Positions 23,341 to 35,900 of a stretch of DNA of 64,000 nt are shown here, one piece after another. The translations under genes were made by a program, and so were the position numbers. Under the pieces are notes generated by a model that did not search any database, was not told where the DNA came from, and saw nothing but the letters and a program-made list of their open reading frames with translations. Every line of letters starts with the position of its first letter. The stretch's first letter is position 1. The stretch is taken from the NCBI GenBank assembly GCA_964035545.1, contig OZ037768.1, positions 13,525,675-13,589,674 of the forward strand. The letters are read 5' to 3'. Source of the stretch: Bugula neritina (taxonomy: Eukaryota > Animalia > Bryozoa).

Positions 23341-26300
23341 ATGTCTACAGGAAGGCCGAAAGAAAGGTTTGTTATTCTGTATATTGATTATATGAGAGAT
23401 TTGATGATGATTAGTTTTTATCCAACCTGAATTTATGGAAAATCACAATAGTTGACTACTTTGAATACTAGTTTACAGTATGAGTATAGTTCATTAGTTT
23501 CAGCTAAATGTTGTGTTTTAATATAGAAAACAACAGGTTGCTAGTTGTGTTTCAACCTTTACAGAAACAACTAGTTGTGCACTCCACACCGTGAGGATCT
23601 AAACCTCACTAGCAGCGTTTTATTTTTCCCATTTAGGTTCCTAGTGATGTGATATTTATGTTTTATCAGGCTATTTTTATTGATTTTTGTAAAAGTTTAT
23701 TTTGCAATATTTCAAGTAAAAACGTTATATTAACTTGTCACTTTTGTCTGTTGAAGGCCAATGTTGAGCAGTAGCCATGACAGTAAGCAGTTCAGCACCG
23801 TCTCACCTTCACACAGTGTTCATACTGGTGGCTCTTTCAGCAGTAGTTTTCCAGGAGAAACCTTTCATCAGAGTTACATGGTAATATGATCATTAGCATT
23901 TTATAAGTAATTTAAAAATAGTGTACAAGTATATAGAAACCTTGCTAATGAAGTGTGGGTCTTAATTGCGTATTCAGCTGCATTTCACTAATAGCATGTG
24001 CTGCCAATGGCAGACAGTATACTTCATCTATTGGATTTTCTCCTAAATTACATTCTTCTGATGTTGTTAGCAGTGATAAATTAGATTGTGTTATTCAACA
24101 TGGCTGATGTGAGCAATTTGCACCTACTGATAATCAGACTTTTTTCCACTAGAGCTTCCCGTCGCTCGGACAACATTCCATAATTACTATTGACCTATAT
24201 GCATATCTAGGGCGCATAAACCTAATTACACCAAGCAACTAGGTCAATATCTATTGATCGCTTGGCTGCTTTCATTTAGTTGCTGATAATGATTTAGTCA
24301 TGAGTTCAACCCTTTTATTGAATCAAGCCTGGCTGTATTGATAATGAAAGGTAAACCCTTAGAAAGGAATAACATTATTGCCTATAGCTGGCTTTGTATT
24401 AGTAGAGAATGCTAGGCTACATGAAGCGTACTCAAAACCAATGCCAATATTGTGACGCACATCAACTCATTTATTCATGGACAATCCAGATCCGAAGTAT
24501 AAATAGCAAAGTATAGTGAGCCTGTATGAATGTAAAACTATTGATATCCCGTAGCCAGCCTTTGCTATTACTTTTCACGATATAAATGTTTTTGTTGTAG
24601 TCCAAGCCAAGGCCCCTGGCTGTAGACCTTACCCACAACACAGATACAGTGAGCATGCCAGATAATCGCAGGTTGTCATTGTTACCTAGCCACTCCAAGT
24701 CCCCAGCTAATCACTCCTCTGACAGACATGGCATCCTAATGAACCGTGAAAGGTACAGTGACTAGTTCCAACACTATATCTTCACCATCTTCCAACAGGC
24801 TATATCTAATTGGCTGCTATTACTTCACATAGCATTCTGTCAGTCACATTTAGAGTGAGCCTTACACCCTTCAACACTGTGTAAACATCGTGATTTCCTC
24901 TCTCTTTCACTAACAAACTACATACAGCTGTCGGTCTTTCACACTCTGCTAGCTGTAAATGTTGAAACACGTCCTGATCATGCTCCCACCTCCTGTATCA
25001 ACTGTATATTGGTTAAACCTAACGGATTATCTCATTTCTGACAACTGAGAACATGTGAAATACTTTGGGGCATGGTCTCAAAATTGAGCACTCACCCGCT
25101 ACACCCAGTAATTCCTTGTATTGCAGTTAATGCCTTGACCTGTGCAACTTTTAGAAGTAGATGCAGCCTATGAAAATTTTAATAGACAAAAAATTATATT
25201 AGAGAAAGCCACTGCAGGCCAAAATAAAATTTATGCCGACTATCAACTAACTCAAGCTATTAAAATTTTCCTGTAGCTGCAGCTAGTATACTTGGGCATT
25301 TTCATTTTCAAAATCAAATTGAAAACAGTTGTAACTCACTTTAAACTTACAATTTCCCCATTTCCCTAATCTTGGCGCTTGTTAGAGTAATGTTTTGGCC
25401 CTCTAGTGGATAACTTAGAATCAAAACTGAAACACTCATTTATTGTGGTGAGACTACACTTATTATGGTATGACTACAGGAGCAGACTGCGACGTGCATC
25501 CAGGTTGTACTTGCTGGTAGTAAGTACTAGGACTACAACCTTCATGTAGATGTTTACTGTAGCCCCATGAACTCTCAACTTTCAGAGTACCTATGGTATT
25601 GGTTTAGTAAAGATTTAAGAGTCACCTCACACTATTTCATTCCTACTACCTTCTAATTATTACTTTTGACCTGGAATGAATATTCCTTACACTAATGAAA
25701 GGTGTAACTAGCTTAGAATGGCAATGGAGTGGTTGTGATTCAATGTTGGCTTTGTGTTTCACTGTGGGTATTGGAGACTGCTATGCAGGCGAGATGCTGT
25801 TTTCAGTGAGCACTCATAATAATAGTCCTCGAAGCTGGTCTGAGTGTAGCCCGTAGGGGTCCAGCGTCCTACTTATACATCACTTCCTTTATAACCGCCA
25901 TTATATATACTGTGTGCATCTGGCTGTATATATAATCACCAGCTAGTGTAGCTACTGAAGCTACTAGCTATATTATTTCATGCATTACTTCAGGTGATCC
26001 ATCTGTAATGTATATATTCAGCAATGCAAAAGATCAATAAAATTATAAGGTATAATACTATGCTGTTGCACAATCACAATGCATCATAAAGCATTCATCT
26101 AGAATGAGATATTATATTGGTTTGGGTAAGCCCTCCATTTCTATGTCAAATTTAATAGCTTGTGCTAATGTTGAAAACTGCAAGGCCTTGTAGTTCAAGG
26201 TCTCCTTGTAACATCCATATGCATCAATTATGTAGGCGAAGTTCTACTAAAACTTCAACTGCCATCCATACTTGCATGCTCTGTTACCTGAGCCCTTGAT

Positions 26301-29300
26301 GGCAACAGCCTCTTATCTAATCTGATTGCAAAAAAGCTCCATTACTCCTAAATTAGTTCTGAATAAATCAACTGGTGTTATTGTAAAACTGCTATAAATT
26401 TATATTGTGCACTTGCTGAGTAAGTTATATTTCATGAGACTGAAAAGGTTTTTAGAACTGGTAAAGTTGCTTTGCAAAGTAAGAGTATAAGTCTAAGAGT
26501 TGTTTTGAGACCTTTTGGTAGAAAAGGTTGATTTCTGAATCCCACTTCGAACTAATCATGGAAATCTGAGCTCCGAAACAATTTGCTTCCACGGCAGATT
26601 AGACAGGCAAGCATCATTTGCAGTGGGAATCTTTTTTAATCATGCCATATTTAGTCGAACAGTCATGCAGTTAAATCCTCTTCAGCGTGTTACGAAATCA
26701 TCATTAATCATTATTTCCATATGCCACCAGTATCTAGGTCAACGTTAGTTTATGGTTATAGGTCAAAGAGTGAAGTCTGCTCGCTATTCTGCAGCGACTA
26801 CTAATAGCCACTGTTGGTTGCACATGCGCTATGCTTACATTTTTCAAGTACGTAGGTAGAAAATATAGCTGTGGTAGTAATCCTTTTACCGCATTTTAAA
26901 AACCACCTAAAATAGTTTTAAATGTACAATATAAACCATAATTTGGGATGTTAACTGAAATTGTAACTTCGCCTGTAATAGTTGGTATTTCTACCACTAT
27001 TAGATGAGACCCCTGTGCTGTGAACATACTCAGTCTATCAACTTTTGATCCCCTCATCAACTGTTTAAGTTAGTTAGCCTCAGTTAGCCAACAGAGTTAT
27101 GATCAGGTTGGCTTCTTTTTGTTCTCTGCTAATATCTTCAATAATGAAAATAATTGCCAGAATCATACCTTTTAGGCTTGATGAATAATTTATATAACTA
27201 TATTTTAATTTTTTGGGTTTACAAAGTATATTGTGTGGAAAGTATTTGAGCAGTGCAAGCTGAGATTCAATATGGTGACCACATGCCTGTTGTCTGAAAT
27301 AGTACACTAACTAATACAGAGAGAATGGCTTCTCGTAGCATGAATAAGTAATTACTTGCATCATAAATTAGGAGAAAAGGGAAGTTGAGCCTATAGCCAG
27401 GTGAACTACGATACCAAATCTACCCCTGGTGATCCTCAACTCAAAGTAGCTTGAGATGGTAGCTGTTATAACGTATAACACTATAACACGGCGTCGTGTA
27501 AAAAAATTAAGTTAAGGATGTGAAGCATGATTTGAGACCAGCCTCAAAACTGGTAATGCGAATGGAGTTCAGGTTAGGTTTATATTCCCTCCCAGCAGTT
27601 TGTCTATTTACCAGCTGGCCAGCTATATTCTTTCTATCACTTTGATCACTTTCTGCACATATTTAGGGATAATCTACTGCTGCTAAAATGTATAATTCCT
27701 ACAGGAACACAGCTGTGCACCTTGTACTGCTTCAAAGCCATGTCACATTTTAAATCTGCTTTGCATATGTCTTGCACTCCACTACCTAATCTCCTATGTA
27801 GTACTTTCAAATAATACTTATTGTTATTCACTGGCCTTTGTCAAGTAGTTAGCAATTTTTCAATTGAACACCCTTCTACAAAGAGTATAATATTAACCCA
27901 TACCTGTACCAGTGTCTTGACAATTATTACTCATTGTTACTGCTGATATGTGATGCAGAATTTGTGTTGCTTCAAGTGAACATGAGTTAGGCTTCATTGT
28001 ATACTCACATTGATATAGTATCAACTGACAAAGCCTAGGGCCTAGCGTTCTAACCTTTTTTGTGCTCTAGTAAAGTCGCACACCCTTCCTTTCAGTAAAC
28101 GGTCATACGGGTCACCTTGAAATGAACTGCTAAAATTTTTTTGTTTATAAACTTGAAATATTTATATTTTATTGGGAAGGGGTTTTCTATTGTAGTTGAG
28201 TCATCAAGATAAGCCCTATAACTTGCCCGGGGTGAAACCCGTAGTCTAATGCATTTCTTGTTCACTATTTATGTTTGTGGCAACTGATAAGAATTAACCT
28301 GTATAATGCCGTACGTGGCATTGGTATTGGTCCAAGGCCAATCATAGGTTACTAGCATCCTAGTAGGCAATAGCTACTAGTTGCTGTTACTAACTAAGCT
28401 GGCTGCACACCCAGCGTGCTACTAACCATCACCCGATCATGTGGTCGCAGTATTGATATTACAGGAATTCGTAGCGTTTAGTAGGGTAACACAGTACCAC
28501 CAACCAACGATGTGCATTACTTGATGTTTGCAGTTGTTACACTCTTCAACCTTTACCCTTTCTGTTGGTGATGGTTAAGCAGCTATGAAAGCTGTACATG
28601 CTCAAATTTTAAGATATCCCAGTTATATCAGTCAATAGGGGTGTTTGGTGTGGACATATTATATTGCTGTTGAATGCAGAGAAGCCTATTTTCAATTAAT
28701 TTGGGTTTATAACTGTTTGTAGGACATTTAAGGGAGGGTTAAATTATGTATCATTTCACAGATGACAAGTAAAGTAGTTTTAGTCTAACTTTCTACCACT
28801 CTATCCCCAACTCGTTGTATATTGTAGGGTGCATCTTGGTGGATACGGTGATGCCCTGGCTATGCCAAGAGTACACCAGGAGAAAAGAGGTGCTACTCTT
28901 CAGAATGATGCCACCATGCCCTCACCAAAGAAACCGCGATATGATGGAAGATTTCCTACCACTTCAAATGTTCCAATAGCCTTAGCTCAACCCTTACGGA
29001 TTGACACTGGTCTCGACTCCATCAAAATAAAAGTAGGTGACAAGCTGAACAATTAGTGCTATGGCTGTATGAATATTTGCTGTGTTATGCTGGAAGAAGC
29101 AGGCATCAAGTATGTTGATGTGAGATTTGTTGACTGGTAACATCACGAACTGCTACTAACTTCTTCACTTGTCAAGTCTATTAGTGGTGTCTGAGTTTCT
29201 CAGTAATGTACGTTAAAAGGGCATTGATTACACATTAGCCTGCTTTTGTAATGACATATTATTGAATTCAGTTGACATCTGGCCTGATGGATCTGAACTT

Positions 29301-29915
29301 GTAGGATGTTTATTGTCCAGTACTGCTTGTTAGTCTGCCCACTCGACGGCATATGTTACCCTCTGCCATGCAGTACACAGGGATTCTATTCTTTCAATGT
29401 AGCGTCACCTCTCGTCTACAAATATTTTATCCTCCCATTTCCTTCCCAAGCTCATCAACTTTTCAGTATGGTTCCTTACAACTCTTATATCGAAATACAT
29501 TTGTAGGTGAAGGTACATAATTATAAAAATGGGGGAAGGGAAATAGTTCAACTGCTATTTAGCAGGGGTTAGTAATTAGACTTTGTTGAGCTGAATGGGT
29601 TACATGAATCAGGCAGCTAAGGAAATGTCAATATTCACCAACTTTGTGTTGGCTGATAAATACTCAACTCATGCCTAACATAAGATGTATATCTAGTCTA
29701 CATTATAATTATATAGTGTACATGACAACCAGTAAGTGTACATTAGTCTACTAAATATGGAGAGCTGATAGTGTAACTGGGCAAGGGGTTGTGTAAATGG
29801 TGCTGTACTGTTTAGGACTTTGGTAATGCTGTAGCTAGTACTAGTAGTAGTAATACTTGTACTACTACTACTGCTGCTACTACTACTACCACTACTACTA
29901 CTACTACTACTACTG

Positions 29916-29996
<81 letters not shown>

Positions 29997-32900
29997 GTAA
30001 TAGTAGTACTAGTACTTGTGCTGCTATAGCTAGTACTGCTATTACTGGTACTGCTATAGCTAGTACTGCTATTACTAGTACTCGTACTGCTATAGCTAGT
30101 ACTGCTATTACTAGTACTACTAGTACTTGTACTGCTATAGCTAGTACTACTAGTACTTGTACTGCTATAGCTAGTACTGCTATTACTTGTACTGCTATAG
30201 CTAGTACTGCTATTACTTGTACTGCTATAGCTAGTACTGCTATTACTTGTACTGCTATAGCTAGTACTGCTATTACTTGTACTGCTATAGCTAGTACTAC
30301 TAGTACTTGTGCTGCTATAGCTAGTACTGCCACTACTTGTACTGCTATAGCTAGTACTACTAGTACTTGTGCTGCTATAGCTAGTACTGCCACTACTTGT
30401 ACTACTATTATTAGTGCTACTGCTTAACATACTACCTACTACATATCAACTACTAGTGGGCTATATTAGGTGGTAAGCTGTTTGTTACTACTAATGCTAT
30501 CTACTAGCTTAGTGTTAGTGGTGCTCTCCAGTGCCTACTTGGCTAATATATAAAATGCACACGTTATAGCCACAACAATGTTTTGATATAATTATATGCT
30601 GGAGCCATGACAGTTCATCTATTGTATTCAATGTTCAGCTACCTGTGTAATAGAATTGTAATAATATTGGTACACCTAGGTGTGTGATTGAAGACCTCTT
30701 CCTATATGTAGACATCGTGAAAACTTTGTCAATTGCCCTGTCCGTTCAGACACTACATTCCCAAGTTTGCTGGCTTGAACAACATATTGAATGTTGTGCC
30801 TTAACTAAGTCTGAAGACACTTAATATGCTATCGAACAGTTATTTTTTTTAACCCAAGAAACCCAGTCTCATTGAATTTCTATGAAACAATTATTTGGCA
30901 TCAAGTTTTACAGTGACTAGTATAATTATATGTACATCGCTGGTAGCCACATAAAGGTTGCCTGCCAGCCCTAGCCTGCTGTACAGTACTAGGTAGTGAA
31001 CTCATTATCGGACAAACGGGTTGCTGCTAGTAATAGCGCTACTAGCACGTATACAGTTTCATCATTGATCACGTCTCTTCAAACTGCATAGAGGCTCAAC
31101 AAGTTATTATATAACTTAGCAAACGTGGCAGCTAAATAATCAATAGAAGATAACATTTGAATATAGTTTCATGTTTATATGCCCCAGCTGAATTCTTCTT
31201 TAGTAAGCTGTTATTACTTTCTCGGCTGCAGTAGCTGAAATCGTTATTGTTAGATTTGTTCTACCAAATGTTGTTTTTCATATAATATCCTTTCAATGCA
31301 ATTAATTCCCACAAGAGCTTCAATTAAAAGCCGGATTGTAAGTCTAGCCTCAACTAGGGGCAGTAACCTCGAAAAGCACAATTGGTAATTTGAATTTCAT
31401 ATACACAACGATACGTTTACTGTTAGCAGGTGGAGCCCCCTGGTGGATATCACCCTGAAACAGAGGCAATCTCTCCCACACTGCCCACAGAAAGCCATGA
31501 CAGCAAGTCCGATATAGTTCACTCTATAAACGAGGTTGACAGAGAGATTAATCTCATAGAGAACCAGATTCAGCAGCTCCATAAGACACAGGTAACACTG
31601 GTAACACAGGTAACACTGGTAACACTGGTAACACTGGTAACACTGGTAACACAGGTAACACAGGTAACACTGGCACTGAGTCAGTCTGTCTAGGCCAGAT
31701 TGCAGCATATAATAATGGCCCTCTTGTTACTAAGATAGATCACCAGAAGTGGATGACCTGATTACTATAATATGATGACCATGTAGATCTAGTTACTCTA
31801 GAAGTGAGTCTATTGATGGGTTTTCAAAGTTATCCCTGCATCTTTGACAGTTGTATTGTATTCTATTTGTTATGGGTGAATTCCTAAACCTGGTGTATCG
31901 GGTGCTGTGTTATTTATAAGAATAAATACATGTTACTGTAAATTAGTAATATATTATGCATATAGTATATTATATATATTGTAGTATATTATGCATGTAA
32001 GATGTTGTGTGTATAGTAGATTAGTGTATAATAGATTAGTGTATAGTATATTAGTGTATACTGTATAGTATACTAGTGTACAGTATATTAGTGTATAGTA
32101 TACTAGTGTACAGTATATTAGTGTATAATATACTAGTGTACAGTATATTAGTGTATAGTATACTAGTGTATAGTATATTAGTGTATAGTATACTAGTGTA
32201 TAGTATATTAGTGTATAGTATACTAGTGTATAGTATATTAGTGTATAGTATACTAGTGTATAGTATATTATTGTATAGTATACTAGTGTATAGTATATTA
32301 GTGTATAATATATTAGTGTATAGTATATTAGTGTATAGTATACTAGTGTACAGTATATTAGTGTACAGTATACTAGTGTGTAGTATATTAGTGTACAGTA
32401 TATTAGTGTATAGTATATTAGTGTATAGTATATTAGTGTATAGTATACTAGTGTACAGTATATTAGTGTATAGTATATTAGTGTATAGTATATTAGTGTA
32501 TAGCATACTAGTGTATAGTATACTAGTGTACAGTATACTAGTGTACAGTATATTAGTGTATAGTATATTAGTGTATAGTATACTAGTGTGTAGTATATTA
32601 GTGTATAGTATACTAGTGTATAGTATACGCCATGTTATATATGCACAGTTACAGCTAGAAGCCGAAGCTGCCAAGCCAAAGGGAGACATTGTTGAGGAGG
32701 AGTCAAACAATGAGTCTTCAAAACCTTTAACCATTGCTCAAATAGTGTACAGCGGAAATAGAGTGAGTTCTCATTTCTATAATATACAACAATTCTGCCT
32801 TATCCTTGCTACATAATATGCCTTATTCAACTGTCTTTCATCTCTCATGCTTGCATATTTTTCACAGAAATTAGCCCATCGGTCACACAATGTGCTTCAT

Positions 32901-35900
32901 GGCCTTGGAACGCCCACTGAGTTACCCTTATTCCACCAACCTTGTGATACCGATGTGTTCAATGACAATGTCAAGCACTTTCAACACTTCAGACCGGTGC
33001 TGGAGTTGCACTTTAAGAAAAAGGCGCTGGAAAGAAAGAAAACTGAAAGCGAATTTGCCGATATCTATGAAAGTTCAGTAACTAGTTGGCTGAAAAAAGT
33101 CGACACTAAAACTCTTAAGAAAAAGTAAGTTGAAAAATAAATTACATAATTTTGGGTGAGTTTAGTTTTAATTAATCTAGATGTAGAACCTTTGTTGCTA
33201 GTGGACAGGAAGTTCCCAATGCCGCCTAGAGTTGATCATGTGACCAGTTGTTTGCTGTGTGTAGTAACTGGCAGTAAGTTGTCTGACCTCTGAGTGACTC
33301 TTGAATTCACAGGCTGTTGAGCACACATGCATTGTTCCTATCAACTTATTTTTATGCTGCATTACGCCTGTTAACATTGTGCCATTGTAGTATAAAAGAT
33401 ATGAAAACGAGAGAGTATTTTGAAAAGGTTTTCCCTGAAATAAAAAAATCTCGTGAAGATAAAGAACGAATAACAAGGTAAGTACATTATTGCTTTTAGC
33501 ATGTTGATCTACTTCTGTCTACTGGTACTAAAAGACTGCAGAGTGTTTTAATAAGTGTCATTTATTATAATTATTGTGCGATAATTTTAGTCGTGTTGGT
33601 GCTAGGGGTGTTGGTGGGGCGTACGCAAGGACGGAGGCTGAGTTCGAACAGATCATAGATGGCATAAATGAGCAAGAGGTAAGTTGTGTTACACATTACC
33701 CCTCTTAGCTGTGTGCTTATAGAGCATGCTGTTGCTTACAGGTTTTCTAGATGTCATTAAATATAACAATTGGGATATCATAACATGTTGGGTATATGCA
33801 GTGTGACTGACTGTTCTTGATTGTTTATTAGTTGAGGAAATAGCTTTAAGGTATTTAGGTAATGATAAGAAAACAGCAATACGTTGTCACAACACTTGAA
33901 CCTAAGGCTATTCGTTTAACTGTTTATTATATGACTAGCTGTGGCAGGTGAGTCAAGATAGCCATAGTGTTTACATCTCTGCATTTTACACCAGAAAATA
34001 TGAGCTGAAAGATGTTATCAACAGCTGTTAGTTTATTGGTCACCCTGCTTTATGTTCCACATATTATGGATTTCACATTGCGGTTATGTAATATGCACAC
34101 ACAAACTGGAAGTCATGTTTATGATGGTAGAATGCAGCAGCTGCAGCAGCACTCACTGCATTGGATTCGAGAGCAATAATCATTAAACTGAACTAGAACT
34201 TTCTGCATTTACTCTACAATGTTCGTTTAAAATTTATGGAGTTATGTGCTCCTGAAAGTTCAACACTTAATTTGAAGTTGTCTACTCTTGATTTGTTTAC
34301 AGGAAGAAGATAAGAAAATGAGGGCTTATGCCATAATACCACCTATGCTTGGGCAAACAAATAAAGCTCTCAAGTTTACCAACAGAAATGGTCTGATTCA
34401 GGAACCCATGTCTGAGTACAAAAAGCATAAATTATCAACAAACTGGTCTAATGAAGAAAAAGAAATATTTAAAGAGAAATATTTGGATAGACCAAAGCAG
34501 TTTGGCCAGATAGCAGACTTGCTTGAAAAAAAGGTAGAAATGTGTGAAGTATGCTCGCGTATCTTGCATGCCAGCAATAGTTCATATGACTAGTTATTTG
34601 GGTTGTGGGATTTGCTAGCTTCTTCCCTTGTCTCTCCACCTTCTCCTATGGCTATCACCGTCCAATCATCTTGCATGTTATACTCTGGTGCTATTGCAAA
34701 TCAAACTAACGATGTTTTTTTAGAAGATCTTCTGGCAGTTCTATAATATGATTAACTATTTATGCAACAGGACTGATAATTTCTCTGAATCCATTTGCTC
34801 TGTTCATATGCATCATGCTGAGTGTTTACTGATAAATATACAAATTCTTTTCTTGCCTGCCACTCTTTCCTTCTACACTTTCCTTCTCTGTATACAACCT
34901 AGACATTTTTCCTAGGTTCTTATCTCTGTTATTTTCCTCTTATGCTATTTTTTAATTTATTTTTATTTTATTTGTCTTTCGTTCAACCATTCTATCTCTA
35001 ATATGCCTGCAATGGTGTTGAACTAAATTATGCAAATTGTTATGAATAAATTATTTTAAAAAATTTATGTAGGCCTACGGCAAAGTTTTCACAGTCTGGC
35101 ATTTTGTTTACCTGTTTCCAAATGCTACTGTCATGATAGGTTGGAAATATGCTGAATAAATAAATAGAATATATGACGTAGTTGGGCTGGAAATTCAACA
35201 GAATTTGATGTCATTAATCTAGAACTTTTTTCTGCTCATTGCCCATGCATTCATGCCAGTTGCTGTAGACTGACTGTCTATTTCTTCCTTGCTGCTTGCT
35301 GCTTGCTGCAAACCTTTCTACTTATATGCATCACATACTCTGTAGTTGTTAAAGCTGTATGTAAACAGGTGGGTCAACTAGCAATTTAACTTTTCTATCT
35401 TAAATTATATGTGTTGTTACTATTTGTTACTTAATTTAGTTTTATTCTCTTGTTTTACTGTTGAGCTGGTAGCATAAGTTGAAGTGGACCACAACACAAT
35501 CTGCAACCTATATTTTTCTTAGATAAATAATTTGTGTACATGAAGAACAAACATGTTGATAGCAAGATGATTTTTGATAGTTGTACCACTGCATAATTGA
35601 ATACATCCTTTGCCTGAATTACCAATATGTCAGACCAAATATGCTTAGAATACATGTTCATATGCTTGTGCGAATAATGTTGGTGAATTTGCATATCTAA
35701 TGGAATTACTAATGCTGGTGTCATCCAAAAGTTTTGCAACAAATATGCAAGTTTTGTGACGCTAATGGTACATCTGACCTATCAAGATATTCTATTATTA
35801 GTTACAAAACCTTTAGTGACCAATGGTTGTGTTTCCTTGTATCTTGTTGTTTTGCCATTTGTACATTTGCACTCACTACTGGTCATCAGCCTCTCCACAT

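Noticed and set aside
25985-26330. IYITDGS on the minus strand as an RNase H remnant
   Set aside because: A single short motif among many stops; no other retroelement motifs recognised.
29693-30430. 245-aa Ser/Thr-rich and 193-aa Val/Ala-rich minus-strand ORFs
   Set aside because: They are translations of the (TAC)n and 30-bp tandem repeats, with no splice or homology support.
31397-31708. Cys/Tyr-rich minus-strand ORF (CYQ/CYL repeats) as a metallothionein-like peptide
   Set aside because: It is the antisense reading of the 9-bp donor repeat and an NCoR exon.
30001-32627. Regular repeats as a possible CRISPR array
   Set aside because: Units are head-to-tail with no unique spacers, there are no cas genes, and the context is a eukaryotic intron.
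32051-32816. (YSILV)n and (YTNIL)n long ORFs
   Set aside because: Products of the 15-bp minisatellite; only 32649-32762 is a real NCoR exon.
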